64,000 nt of DNA, taken from a candidate division FCPU426 bacterium. GTDB lineage: Bacteria > Oederibacteriota > JAAXVQ01 > JAUVAV01. The stretch covers positions 1,244,878-1,308,877 of the forward strand of contig JBFLYH010000001.1 in NCBI GenBank assembly GCA_040756875.1, written 5' to 3'. The stretch's first letter is position 1. Every line of letters begins with the position of its first letter. The notes beneath the pieces were generated by a model, which saw only the letters and a program-made list of their open reading frames with translations, did not search any database and had not been told where the DNA came from. This document shows positions 38,139-47,085 of the stretch, one piece after another. The translations under genes were made by a program, and so were the position numbers.

Positions 38139-39080
38139 TCATTTTTTCATCCCCAGCGCCAGGGCCAGCACCTGCGCGTACAGCCCCAGCCTGGCAGGCA
38201 ATTCGCGCCAGGGCTTGCGAAATACCACGGTCAGGGCCAGGCGCCCCAGGCTCCAACCCACGGCGTGCGCCGCCACTGCGGCCCTGGCCAGCCCTTCGCC
38301 CCGGATTCCCCGGTGCTTGCGCCAATACTTAAAAGCGCTGCGGAAATTGATGAGCACGCCCTCGCCTTTCATTTGGGCCATGCCCGCGCCCCAGTGGTGG
38401 AACACCTCGGCGGACGGCACGTAACCCACGCGGCCGCCGGTCGCGGCCAGGCGCTTGAACCAATCCACCTCTTCGTAATAGATGAAGAACTGTTCGTCCA
38501 GCAGGCCGACGCGTTCGAACGCCTCGCGCCTGGCCACCAAACACGCGCCTGACACTTCGTCCACCAGCGCCGGCCGGTCGAAGTCCAGGCGGCCGAACAC
38601 GCGGCGTTGCCACCAGGCCGTGCGCTTGAGGCAGCCGGGCAGCAGGTCTTCCAGAAAAAACCGGCCCGGCGCGGGAAAACGCCGGCCCGAGGGCTGGAGG
38701 CTTCCGTCGCTGTTCAGGAGTTTGGGGCCCACGGCCATGAGCTCCGGCCGGGCCTGCAGTTCCCCCACCAGGGTGAGCAGGGCCCGGGGCTTGAGCTCGG
38801 CGTCCGGCGCCACGAAAGCCCAAAACGGCGCGGTGGCGCGGCGCAGAGCCTGGTTGGTGCCGGCCGCGAACCCGACGCTGGCCGGGTTGGTCAGGAGCAG
38901 CACTTCGGGATATTGGGCGCGCACAGCCTCCGGACTGCCGTCCGACGAGCCGTTGTCCACCACGATGATTTCCAGGGGCAGAAAGCTGGATTCGGCGCGG
39001 AGCGAGGCCAGGCATTTGAGCAGCAGGTCGCGCGTGTTCCAGTTGACGACGGCCACGCTGACGCGGGGACTGGCGGTCAC
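38139..39080 (-). CDS. Glycosyltransferase family 2 (WbbL-like)
   Basis: VSVAVVNWN, VVDNGSSDGS, DEVSGACL, FIYYEEVDW; GTGA overlap. Confidence 0.92.
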   Translation of the reverse strand: MTASPRVSVAVVNWNTRDLLLKCLASLRAESSFLPLEIIVVDNGSSDGSPEAVRAQYPEVLLLTNPASVGFAAGTNQALRRATAPFWAFVAPDAELKPRALLTLVGELQARPELMAVGPKLLNSDGSLQPSGRRFPAPGRFFLEDLLPGCLKRTAWWQRRVFGRLDFDRPALVDEVSGACLVARREAFERVGLLDEQFFIYYEEVDWFKRLAATGGRVGYVPSAEVFHHWGAGMAQMKGEGVLINFRSAFKYWRKHRGIRGEGLARAAVAAHAVGWSLGRLALTVVFRKPWRELPARLGLYAQVLALALGMKK

Positions 39081-40105
39081 TGCTTCCGCTCCCACCCTTC
39101 CCAGGTTTTCAGCCCAACCAGGCGGCACCAGCCGCGGCTGAGCAGGTTGAGCAGCCAGCCGCCGAAGCCGGTGTGGTTGGTGAGCTTGCCGCTCATCCAG
39201 CGGACAATCTCAGCGTCCGGCACGCTGCGCTGCGATTGCAGCAGCCGGCGCTTGTCCGCGATCTCCCCTGCGTGCGCCCTGACCCAGGCCCGGGCGCGCC
39301 GGATGGGCGCGCTGCTCCGGCCCTGCCGCCGATCGGACAGGCGCTCCGCGGCGCGGGCCAGCCACATGAGCGGCCAGACGCGCAGGCGCGTCCAGGGCGC
39401 GAACAGGGTCAGGAAATTAAGGCAGCGGTTGCGTTCGAGCAGGAAGCGGTTGTCGTCCGACAGGTCGCCGACCGTGGCGCCGCCGATGTGCTTGACCACC
39501 GTGTCCGGCAGGCGCAGGACGCGGTAGCCCATGAGCCGGGCCCGCCAGGCCAGGTGGATCTCCTCGTGGAAAAACCCGTAGTCCGGGTCAAAGGGCGGGC
39601 CGAGCAGGTTGCGTTTGTACACCAGCGAGCAGCCGGCCGCGCCGAAGGTAAGGCTGGGGTCCTTGAACGCGCTTTGGATGATGGTGCCGGTCAGGCTCAT
39701 GGTGCCGTTGCCGGGATAGTGCGCCATGTTGAGCTTGAGGTTGTACACGCCCGGCCCGGCGATGGCGGCCAGGGGATCGGCTTCCAGCGCGGCCACGAGC
39801 CGGCTGATGAAATTGGTGGGCAGGTACACGTCGTTGGAGATCAGGGCCATATACTCGGCCGGACTGTGCTCCACGCCCGCGTTGTTGGCGGCCGCGAAAC
39901 CGATGTTCTTGGGCAGGCTGAGCAGGCGCGCCTGCGGGAACTCGCGCCGCACGTTGGCCGCGGTGTTGTCGGTCGAGCCGTTGTCCACCACCAGGATGTC
40001 CAGGCCCGGCCAGTCCTGCGCCGTGACGTTCCTGAGGCATTCGGCCAGCAGGGGCCAGCCGTTGTACGACAGCACCAGGGCCGTGACCAGCGGGCGTCGG
40101 GTCAT
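39077..40105 (-). CDS. Glycosyltransferase family 2
   Basis: LVLSYNG, VVDNGSTD, NIGFAAANN, FHEEIHLAWR; ATGA overlap with the flippase stop. Confidence 0.9.
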   Translation of the reverse strand: MTRRPLVTALVLSYNGWPLLAECLRNVTAQDWPGLDILVVDNGSTDNTAANVRREFPQARLLSLPKNIGFAAANNAGVEHSPAEYMALISNDVYLPTNFISRLVAALEADPLAAIAGPGVYNLKLNMAHYPGNGTMSLTGTIIQSAFKDPSLTFGAAGCSLVYKRNLLGPPFDPDYGFFHEEIHLAWRARLMGYRVLRLPDTVVKHIGGATVGDLSDDNRFLLERNRCLNFLTLFAPWTRLRVWPLMWLARAAERLSDRRQGRSSAPIRRARAWVRAHAGEIADKRRLLQSQRSVPDAEIVRWMSGKLTNHTGFGGWLLNLLSRGWCRLVGLKTWEGWERKQ

Positions 40106-41580
40106 GTCAGCTTCACGTTCCCCGGCTGGGTCGGCCGCAGCACGCGGCTGAACAGCTCCTGGTCCACCTCGTCGAAAGCCCGGAAGACCCACAGCAGGCA
40201 AAAGTAGGCCGCGCCGGCGAGCAGGATCTGGAAGCCCAGTTCCCAGGCGTGGATCAGCATCAGCAGCCCGTACATGGCGGCCCCGGCCAGAGCCGGCCGC
40301 AGGAGGTGCCGCAGGAGCGAGGGCGTCAGCGACAGCGGCCGCCACAGCGTGCCCGTAAAAATGGCCAGGGTCAGCACTTCCGAGGCCAGGGTGGTCCAGG
40401 CCGCGCCCAGCATGCCGTAGCGCGGGATGGCCCAGAGGTTGGCGAGCACGTTGAAGAGCATGCCGGCCAGCACCAGGACCGTGACGATCCGCTGCCGTCC
40501 CATGGCGATCAAGTAGGGCGCATTGATGCTGTTGACCGCGATCAGCACCAGGGTCCACATGAGCACCATGAGCACGGGCACGCTGGCCAGGTACTGGGCG
40601 CCGTAGAGCACGTCGATGAAGCGGTCGGCCAGGGCCACGGTGCCCAGGGCCAGGGGCAGGGAGAGCACGAACATGTATTTCATGGAGCGGCGGTAGATGA
40701 GCTGAAAGCGCTGGGGATTGGCGCCGAAGCTCGCCGAAATGACCGGGAACACCGCGCCGCCGTAATAGGCGGGCAGGATCAGGGTGAGCTCCAGCAGGCG
40801 GTAGGCCGCGTTGTACAGCCCCACGGCGTCCTGGCCCCGGAACGACCCCAGCATGACCGTGTCCACGCGGAAATAAATCACGGAAAACAGGTTGGCCAGG
40901 GCCAGGGGCGCGGCCTCCCGGAGCAGGGTGCGCCAAAAAGCCGGGTCCAGGCTGAAGACCGGGCGGATGAAGTAGAAGAGGATGCCCGCGAGAATGATCA
41001 GGTGGACGACCGCGGACAGGGTGTTGATCCAGATCAGGGCCGCGACCCCGGCGCCGGCCGCGAGCGCGCCCAGGGAGGCGGTGACGCGCAGGGTGGTCAC
41101 GACCACGGACACCGTGGAGGGGATCTCCATGCGCTGATGGGCGTAAAAAACCGCCGAGGCCGAATCCACGTTGGCCGTGAACATCAGGGACAGCGCGGCC
41201 ACCGCGCTGAGCAGCACGATGGCCGGCGGCTGGCCGAGCAGCCAGGCCGCGGCCACCATGCCGCCGCCCGCGAACAGGGACAGCAGCACGCGCACGGCCA
41301 GGACATTGGTGAAATAACGGGAGTCCTGGTCCGGGTCCCGCGACAGGTCGCGCGTGGTGAGCGTGCCCAGGCCGAAATCCGCAATGATGTAAAAAATGGC
41401 CTGCAGGGAAAGGACGTAGGCGTACTGGCCGAAGCCGTTCGTGCCCAGCTGGCGGGCCGCGTAGATGACCAGGGCCACGCCCAGCAGCTTGTTCAGCACG
41501 CCGGCCACCAACTGCACCAGCGAATTCTTCGCGATGCGGGCCGTGGGGTTCAGTTTGGAGGATTGGCCGTTTTCAGCCAC
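40102..41580 (-). CDS. wzx: Wzx-type oligosaccharide flippase
   Basis: IAKNS, ARQLG..GFGQY, DFGLG, YFRVDTVML, VGLYNAAYRL; about 14 TMs. Confidence 0.92.
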   Translation of the reverse strand: MAENGQSSKLNPTARIAKNSLVQLVAGVLNKLLGVALVIYAARQLGTNGFGQYAYVLSLQAIFYIIADFGLGTLTTRDLSRDPDQDSRYFTNVLAVRVLLSLFAGGGMVAAAWLLGQPPAIVLLSAVAALSLMFTANVDSASAVFYAHQRMEIPSTVSVVVTTLRVTASLGALAAGAGVAALIWINTLSAVVHLIILAGILFYFIRPVFSLDPAFWRTLLREAAPLALANLFSVIYFRVDTVMLGSFRGQDAVGLYNAAYRLLELTLILPAYYGGAVFPVISASFGANPQRFQLIYRRSMKYMFVLSLPLALGTVALADRFIDVLYGAQYLASVPVLMVLMWTLVLIAVNSINAPYLIAMGRQRIVTVLVLAGMLFNVLANLWAIPRYGMLGAAWTTLASEVLTLAIFTGTLWRPLSLTPSLLRHLLRPALAGAAMYGLLMLIHAWELGFQILLAGAAYFCLLWVFRAFDEVDQELFSRVLRPTQPGNVKLT

Positions 41581-41678
41581 GAGCGCGTTCTCCCTGGTCT
41601 TGGGCGATGAAAATCGGGCCCATTATAGCATAAAACCCGAAAACGTCACGGTTCCTGGTTGGAGGCCCGGCCGTTTAA

Positions 41679-41818
41679 CAGGGTGCTGAAAAAGCCTTTT
41701 CGCAGTCTTTGCGAGGACCGGAGGGACGAAGCAATCTCGGTTGATAAGGATAAAACCAGATTGCCACGCTTCCTTTGGTCGCTCGCAATGACCGTTTAGA
41801 GGCTTTTTCATCAGCATT
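41679..41818. mobile_element. MITE-like element (TTAA flanks) enclosing a GTCnTTGCGAG...CTCGCAATGAC palindrome
   Basis: CAGGGTGCTGAAAAAGCC / GGCTTTTTCATCAGCATT (14 of 18 complementary), TTAA on both sides; inner palindrome 41705-41792. Confidence 0.6.
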
Positions 41819-41886
41819 TTAATTCCTTGATCAACCTCCGAGGCTTGGATAAGATGGTGCATCCGCCGGAACTCTTTTAACGACAG

Positions 41887-43275
41887 GTGCAGCAACCTTT
41901 GAAAATTCTGCTCGTTTCCCCCATCAACCGCAGCTACGTGGTCATGCCCAGCCTGGGCCTGGGTTACATTGCCTCAGCCTGCCGCAGCCAGGGGCACCAG
42001 GTCAGCCTGCTGCACTGCCTGCAGGCCAATATGACCTTCGAGGGCTTTGAAGCGTACCTGCGGCAGCACGCCTTCGACGTGATCGCCCTGCAGATGTTTT
42101 CCTTCGACCTGTCGCCCGTGGCGCGCCACCTCGAAATCGCAAAACGCGTCCAGCCCCGGGCGGTCACCGCGGTGGGCGGCTACCATCCTTCCGGCGACCC
42201 CCAGGGCACGCTTGCGGCCCTGCCCCAGGCGGATTTCGGCCTGGCCGGCGAGGCGGAGCTGGGTTTTCCCGCGTTCCTGGCCGCCCTGGATTCCTCCCAT
42301 CCGGCCTTTGCCTCGGTGCCCAACCTGATCTGGCGCGACGGCTCCGCCATCCGCGTGAACCCCGTGCAGGTGGTGGAAAAGCTGGATGAAATCCCGTTCC
42401 CGGCCTGGGACCTGATGGACCCGCGCTCCTATCCCGAGGCGCCGCACGGCGCCTTTTTCAAAAGCTTCCCCACCGCGCCGATCATCTGCACGCGCGGCTG
42501 CCCGTTCAGCTGCACGTTCTGCGCCGGCAAATCCGTCACCACCCGCCGCATCCGCGCGCGCAGCGTGGACAACATCCTGGCGGAAATGCGGCTGCTCATG
42601 TCCGAGTACGACGTGCACGACTTCCTGATCGAGGACGAGAACTTCACGGCCCACCGCAACCTGGTGCGGTCCTTCTGCGAGCGCGTGGTGGAGGAGAACC
42701 TGCGCATCCACTGGAGCTGCCCCTCGGGCGTGCGCCTGGACACCCTGGACGCGGACCTGCTCCGGCTCATGGAGCGTTCGGGCTGCTATTCCCTGTCCGT
42801 GGGCGTGGAGTTCGGCACCCAGCGCATCCACGACCTGACCAGGAAAAAGCTGTCGCTCGGCCTCATCCGCGACAAGCTCAAGCTGCTCCGGGACACCTCG
42901 ATCAAGATCACGGGCTTTTTCCTGTTCGGCATTCCCGGCGAAACCAAGGCCGACATGCTCGAGACCATCCGCTTCGCCCGCTCCCTGGACATCGACCGCG
43001 CGCAGTTCAACAATTTCATGCCCCTGCCCGGCTCGGAAATCTACGAGGACCTGCGCCGCGTTGGCAAGGAGCCCAGGGATTTCGACCACTTCTTCGTGCA
43101 CGACGTGTCCTTCGTCCCAGATGGGATGACCCGCCGGGAAATGAAGAACCTGCAGCGCCGCGCCTACCTGGCTTTCTACCTGCGGCCCAAAATCCTGTGG
43201 CGCTTGGCCCGCGAAATCACCTCGCCCTCGCACTTATACCGCCTGGGCCGGCGCTTCGCGGACGCGTTGCGGTAG
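41887..43275 (+). CDS. B12-binding-domain radical SAM protein
   Basis: PSLGLGYIAS, VGGYHPS, GEAE, TRGCPFSCTFC, EDENF. Confidence 0.93.
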   Translation: MQQPLKILLVSPINRSYVVMPSLGLGYIASACRSQGHQVSLLHCLQANMTFEGFEAYLRQHAFDVIALQMFSFDLSPVARHLEIAKRVQPRAVTAVGGYHPSGDPQGTLAALPQADFGLAGEAELGFPAFLAALDSSHPAFASVPNLIWRDGSAIRVNPVQVVEKLDEIPFPAWDLMDPRSYPEAPHGAFFKSFPTAPIICTRGCPFSCTFCAGKSVTTRRIRARSVDNILAEMRLLMSEYDVHDFLIEDENFTAHRNLVRSFCERVVEENLRIHWSCPSGVRLDTLDADLLRLMERSGCYSLSVGVEFGTQRIHDLTRKKLSLGLIRDKLKLLRDTSIKITGFFLFGIPGETKADMLETIRFARSLDIDRAQFNNFMPLPGSEIYEDLRRVGKEPRDFDHFFVHDVSFVPDGMTRREMKNLQRRAYLAFYLRPKILWRLAREITSPSHLYRLGRRFADALR

Positions 43276-43380
43276 ACATACACGCCGTGTCGCTTGATCG
43301 CTTCCTTATAGTATGAACTCCCCTCCCTTGAGGGGAGGGATCGAGCGTAGGAACATCTTACTCATCCAGCAAGGAGTCGT

Positions 43381-45330
43381 ATGCCTCCCCTGCTCCTGAC
43401 CCTGTTGAGCCTCCTCTGGTTCGCCCTGCTCGCGGCCGGCAGCGCGGGCTGGGGCCGCCTGCTCCTGCGCCAGACCGGGCTCCAACCCAGCGACGTCCCT
43501 GCCGAAGCCGGTCTCAGCCTCGGGCTTGGCCTGATGCTGGTCTCTTACGCCGCGTTCTGCCTCGCCAGCCTGCACCTGTTCACGCCCCTGGCCCTGGGCC
43601 TGCTGACCGCGGCGGCCATGGCCGGTGCGTACTGGCACCTGCGCCTGGGCTGCTGGTGGCTCAATGCGCGCCCGGAAGCCGCGGGGCCGTGGGCCCTCGC
43701 GCTCCTGGCCGGCCTGCTCTTCCTGGCCGCGGCCAATGCCCTGGGTGCGCTGACGCCGGCCTGGGACTGGGACGGCGTGGCCTATCACCTGGCGCTGCCT
43801 AAAATTTACCTCCAGGCCGGCGGCTTTGTCTTCAGGCCGGACATTTACCACAACCTGTTCCCCCAGTTCACGGAGATGCTGTTCGCCCTGGGCTGGTGGT
43901 CGCCCTGGGGCGCGGCAGCCAAGCTGGTTCACTTCGGGTTCGGCCTGCTGGCTGCGGCGGCGGTTTTCAGCCTGGCCCGCGCTTCGCGGCTGGGACAAGC
44001 CGCGCTCCTGGCAGCCGCGTTTTTCTACGCGCAATACCTGGTGCACGTGGAATCCGGCACGGCTTTCATCGATCTGGCCACCGCGGCCTACGCGGCCCTG
44101 GCCCTGCTCAGCCTGCGCCAGGCTGTTTCCTCCGGCCAGGCTGGCTGGCATTACCTGGCTGCCTTGTTCGCGGGCACGGCCGCTGCCACCAAGTGGCACG
44201 GCCTGCTGCTGCTGGCCTGCCTGGCCCTGTGGCAGGCGGCCTGGATCCTGAAAGCGGAAGCCAATACGCTCCGCGCCAGGCTGCGCCGCATCGCGGGCGT
44301 GCTGGTGTGGGGCAGCCTGCCTGTGCTTCCCTACCTGGTCCGCGCCTGGGCCGCGTCCGGCAACCCGGTGTGGCCCCTGGGTTATTCGCTGTTCGGCGGC
44401 AGGTTCTGGGACGCGGACATTGACCGGCTTATGACCGCTTTTGTGGCGGGCTTCTCGGGGCACACGCAGGGCTGGCTCGGATTCCTGCTCCTGCCCTGGG
44501 ACCTGCTGACCGCGGCGCAGGATTTCGGCGTGGGCGCGGCCCAGGCCCGCCTGCCCCTGCTGGGCCTCTTGGCCGCGCTGGCCGGCGGCGTTTGGATCCT
44601 AGCGAACAGACAGGCCAAGGTGCGCTGGCCCTGGCCGCTGTTGGGCCTGGCACTGGGATTAGGTTTTTTAGCGACGTGGTTCTTCAGCTCTCCCCAGTTC
44701 CGCTACCTGCTGCCCCTGTTTCCCCTGCTGGCCTGGCTGGCAGCCGCGATTTGCAGCAAACTGTGGCTGGCGCCCGGACGCCTGGGCAAAGCCTGGGCCG
44801 TGCTGGCCGCGGCCCTGATCCTGGCCGTGCATCCGCCCCTGCACCGCGACACTCTGGAACAGGCGCGGACCGTGGCCGGCCTCGAGGCGCCCGCTGATTT
44901 TCTCGGCCGGCGTTTGGACCATTTTTCCGCCTGCGAGTACCTCAACCACGCGGTCAAGCCGGGCGAGCGCGTGCTGCTGTTCAACGAAAACCGGGGGTTC
45001 TATCTGGACGTGGATTATTTGTGGGGGGACCCGCTGAACCAGAACCTGATTAATTACCGCCGCCTGGATACGGCCCAGGCCTTGCGGCAGCGCCTGGATA
45101 AGTTGGGCGTGCGCTGGGTGCTGGTCCGCCGGGTGGCTGAACCCCGGGAGGATTATTACTCGCGGCGCATTGTCGCCCTGATGGACGGCTGCCTGGCTTT
45201 GGGCAGCGAGCAGCGGTTTGCCAGCGGAGAAGTCGCGGTCTATTTGTTGTCCGCGGCCGCAGCCGCGGGCTTGAGCATGAACAATAACAGCCCGGCCATG
45301 GCCAGGAGCCAGGCCGCGGCCCACAAATAA
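43381..45330 (+). CDS. GT-C-like polytopic membrane glycosyltransferase
   Basis: WDGVAYHLALPK, FIDLATA, ATKWHG, SGNPVWP, QFRYLLP. Confidence 0.75.
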   Translation: MPPLLLTLLSLLWFALLAAGSAGWGRLLLRQTGLQPSDVPAEAGLSLGLGLMLVSYAAFCLASLHLFTPLALGLLTAAAMAGAYWHLRLGCWWLNARPEAAGPWALALLAGLLFLAAANALGALTPAWDWDGVAYHLALPKIYLQAGGFVFRPDIYHNLFPQFTEMLFALGWWSPWGAAAKLVHFGFGLLAAAAVFSLARASRLGQAALLAAAFFYAQYLVHVESGTAFIDLATAAYAALALLSLRQAVSSGQAGWHYLAALFAGTAAATKWHGLLLLACLALWQAAWILKAEANTLRARLRRIAGVLVWGSLPVLPYLVRAWAASGNPVWPLGYSLFGGRFWDADIDRLMTAFVAGFSGHTQGWLGFLLLPWDLLTAAQDFGVGAAQARLPLLGLLAALAGGVWILANRQAKVRWPWPLLGLALGLGFLATWFFSSPQFRYLLPLFPLLAWLAAAICSKLWLAPGRLGKAWAVLAAALILAVHPPLHRDTLEQARTVAGLEAPADFLGRRLDHFSACEYLNHAVKPGERVLLFNENRGFYLDVDYLWGDPLNQNLINYRRLDTAQALRQRLDKLGVRWVLVRRVAEPREDYYSRRIVALMDGCLALGSEQRFASGEVAVYLLSAAAAAGLSMNNNSPAMARSQAAAHK

Positions 45331-47078
45331 TCCGCCGCTGACGGCGCAGGCATCAGGCTCGGAAAAAGCAGGGGCGCGAATCCCAGTTTCTGCCACAGCA
45401 TTGACTTGGGCGCGGCGTAGCGCAGCATAGGCCAGGCTGCGCTGATCCAGGCCAGGCCGATCCCGGCCCCCACCCACAACCCGGCCAGCCATTTCCACCC
45501 CGGCCTCACGGCCTTCCAGCCCAGGGGCACCAGGGGCAGGCACAGGATCACGGCCACGATCATCTGACGGCTGAAGACCGCGGCGCTCCCCGTATAATCG
45601 TCGAACACGATGAACAGCAGGTACTGGACCAGGAACACCGCGGCCACCACCACGGCTGACCGCAGGTTGGTGCGGCGCAGGCGCAGCCAGCCGGGAACCG
45701 CCAGGAGCAGGGCGGGCGCAGTGGCCAGCACGCCGAAGTCCCGGTCCACGAGCAGCCCCAGGGCATTGCGCAGGCTGCGAAGCGACCACGGAAAAGCCCA
45801 CACCCCCTCCGGGCTGTCGACCCACAGCCGGTAGGGATTGGCGCCCGGCGTGAAGCCGTAGTAGGAATGGAAGAACACATAGTAGCCCCATCCGGAAAGG
45901 CCCAGGAGCGCGACCGCAGCCGCCAAATCCGCGATCGTTGCCCTGGGCGTGGTCGGCAGCAGCAGGGTCAGCAAAACCGCCAGGGGGATGTACTTGGGAT
46001 AAATCCAAGGCAGGACCGCGATGGCCAGGGCCAGCAGCAAGGTGCCGCGCGATCCGCCGCGGTGCCAGCCCCACAGGCCCAGGATAAGCATGAGGGCCGC
46101 CGGCAATTCAGGATAAATCAGGTCGAAATAAACGGCCAGCGGCACGCTGACCACGGCCAGGAGCCATGACCACAAGGCCGTAGGCTTGTCGCTGCCCCAA
46201 CCCCGGGAAAAAACGTACACCCCCGTCGCGGCGGCCGCGGCCATCAGGCAGACCACCAGCACGGCGCCGAAGCGGCCCAGCAGCATGAAGCCCGGCAGGA
46301 TCAGGATGGACAGCAGCGGAAAGTGGTTGGAAATGGCCTGGTCCGTGCGGCCGGTGGACAGGTGGCGGTCCAGGGTCCCGGTTGGATAGTAGGCGCGGTA
46401 ATCCGCGCGCGTGTAATTGTCGTTCAGGTCGATGTCCCCTTCTGACAGGAGGCTCTGACTCATCAGCAGGTAATGCGGTTCGTCGCCGGTCGGAGGGTAC
46501 ACCAGGGTGGTCCAGCAGGACAAAAGCACGAAGAAAACCGCGGCCGCGCCAAACAACACGGGCAGGCGCACGTTCATCCGGTCTTCAGCACCTTCGTATT
46601 TCCGCAGGAAAAGCCGCACGCCGAAGATCATTTTCAGAAAAACGGTCAGCGTCAGCCAGGGGCCGGCCCACAACAGCAGCAGGTACCCGGCCGGAGCCAT
46701 GCGGTAGTGTCCGGCCGGCCGCCAGAAAGGAAACAGGTTGCCCAAAACGTCCATCTGCAGCCCGCTCCCCCAGGCCGCCAGCCAGGGGTAGGCCAGCAAA
46801 CCCGCGGGCAGCAGAAGAAAGGGCAAATCCAGCCAGGCAGCCAGGCGGCCTGCCCGCTCGGGCGCCAGCCCCAGCCAGCGGGTGCCGGCCCAAAACGTCA
46901 GGGCCTGGCTGATGCCGCACACTGACATCCCCAAGCCGAAGGCCAGCAGCCACCCCGCAGCCCCGGGCCAGGCCAAATGCCGGGGAAACCCGGCTGCCCA
47001 GGTGCCGTAAAACCCGGACGCATAGACGGCGGCAGCCAGGCCGTAAAGGATGGTCAGGTGGGAGAAGCGGAACCGCAT
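45240..47078 (-). CDS. GT-C-like polytopic membrane protein
   Basis: PTGDEPHYLLMSQSLLSEGDIDL, IYPELPAA, LPWIYPKY, GLLVDRDFG. Confidence 0.75.
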   Translation of the reverse strand: MRFRFSHLTILYGLAAAVYASGFYGTWAAGFPRHLAWPGAAGWLLAFGLGMSVCGISQALTFWAGTRWLGLAPERAGRLAAWLDLPFLLLPAGLLAYPWLAAWGSGLQMDVLGNLFPFWRPAGHYRMAPAGYLLLLWAGPWLTLTVFLKMIFGVRLFLRKYEGAEDRMNVRLPVLFGAAAVFFVLLSCWTTLVYPPTGDEPHYLLMSQSLLSEGDIDLNDNYTRADYRAYYPTGTLDRHLSTGRTDQAISNHFPLLSILILPGFMLLGRFGAVLVVCLMAAAAATGVYVFSRGWGSDKPTALWSWLLAVVSVPLAVYFDLIYPELPAALMLILGLWGWHRGGSRGTLLLALAIAVLPWIYPKYIPLAVLLTLLLPTTPRATIADLAAAVALLGLSGWGYYVFFHSYYGFTPGANPYRLWVDSPEGVWAFPWSLRSLRNALGLLVDRDFGVLATAPALLLAVPGWLRLRRTNLRSAVVVAAVFLVQYLLFIVFDDYTGSAAVFSRQMIVAVILCLPLVPLGWKAVRPGWKWLAGLWVGAGIGLAWISAAWPMLRYAAPKSMLWQKLGFAPLLFPSLMPAPSAADYLWAAAWLLAMAGLLLFMLKPAAAAADNK

Positions 47079-47085
47079 GCCTGGT

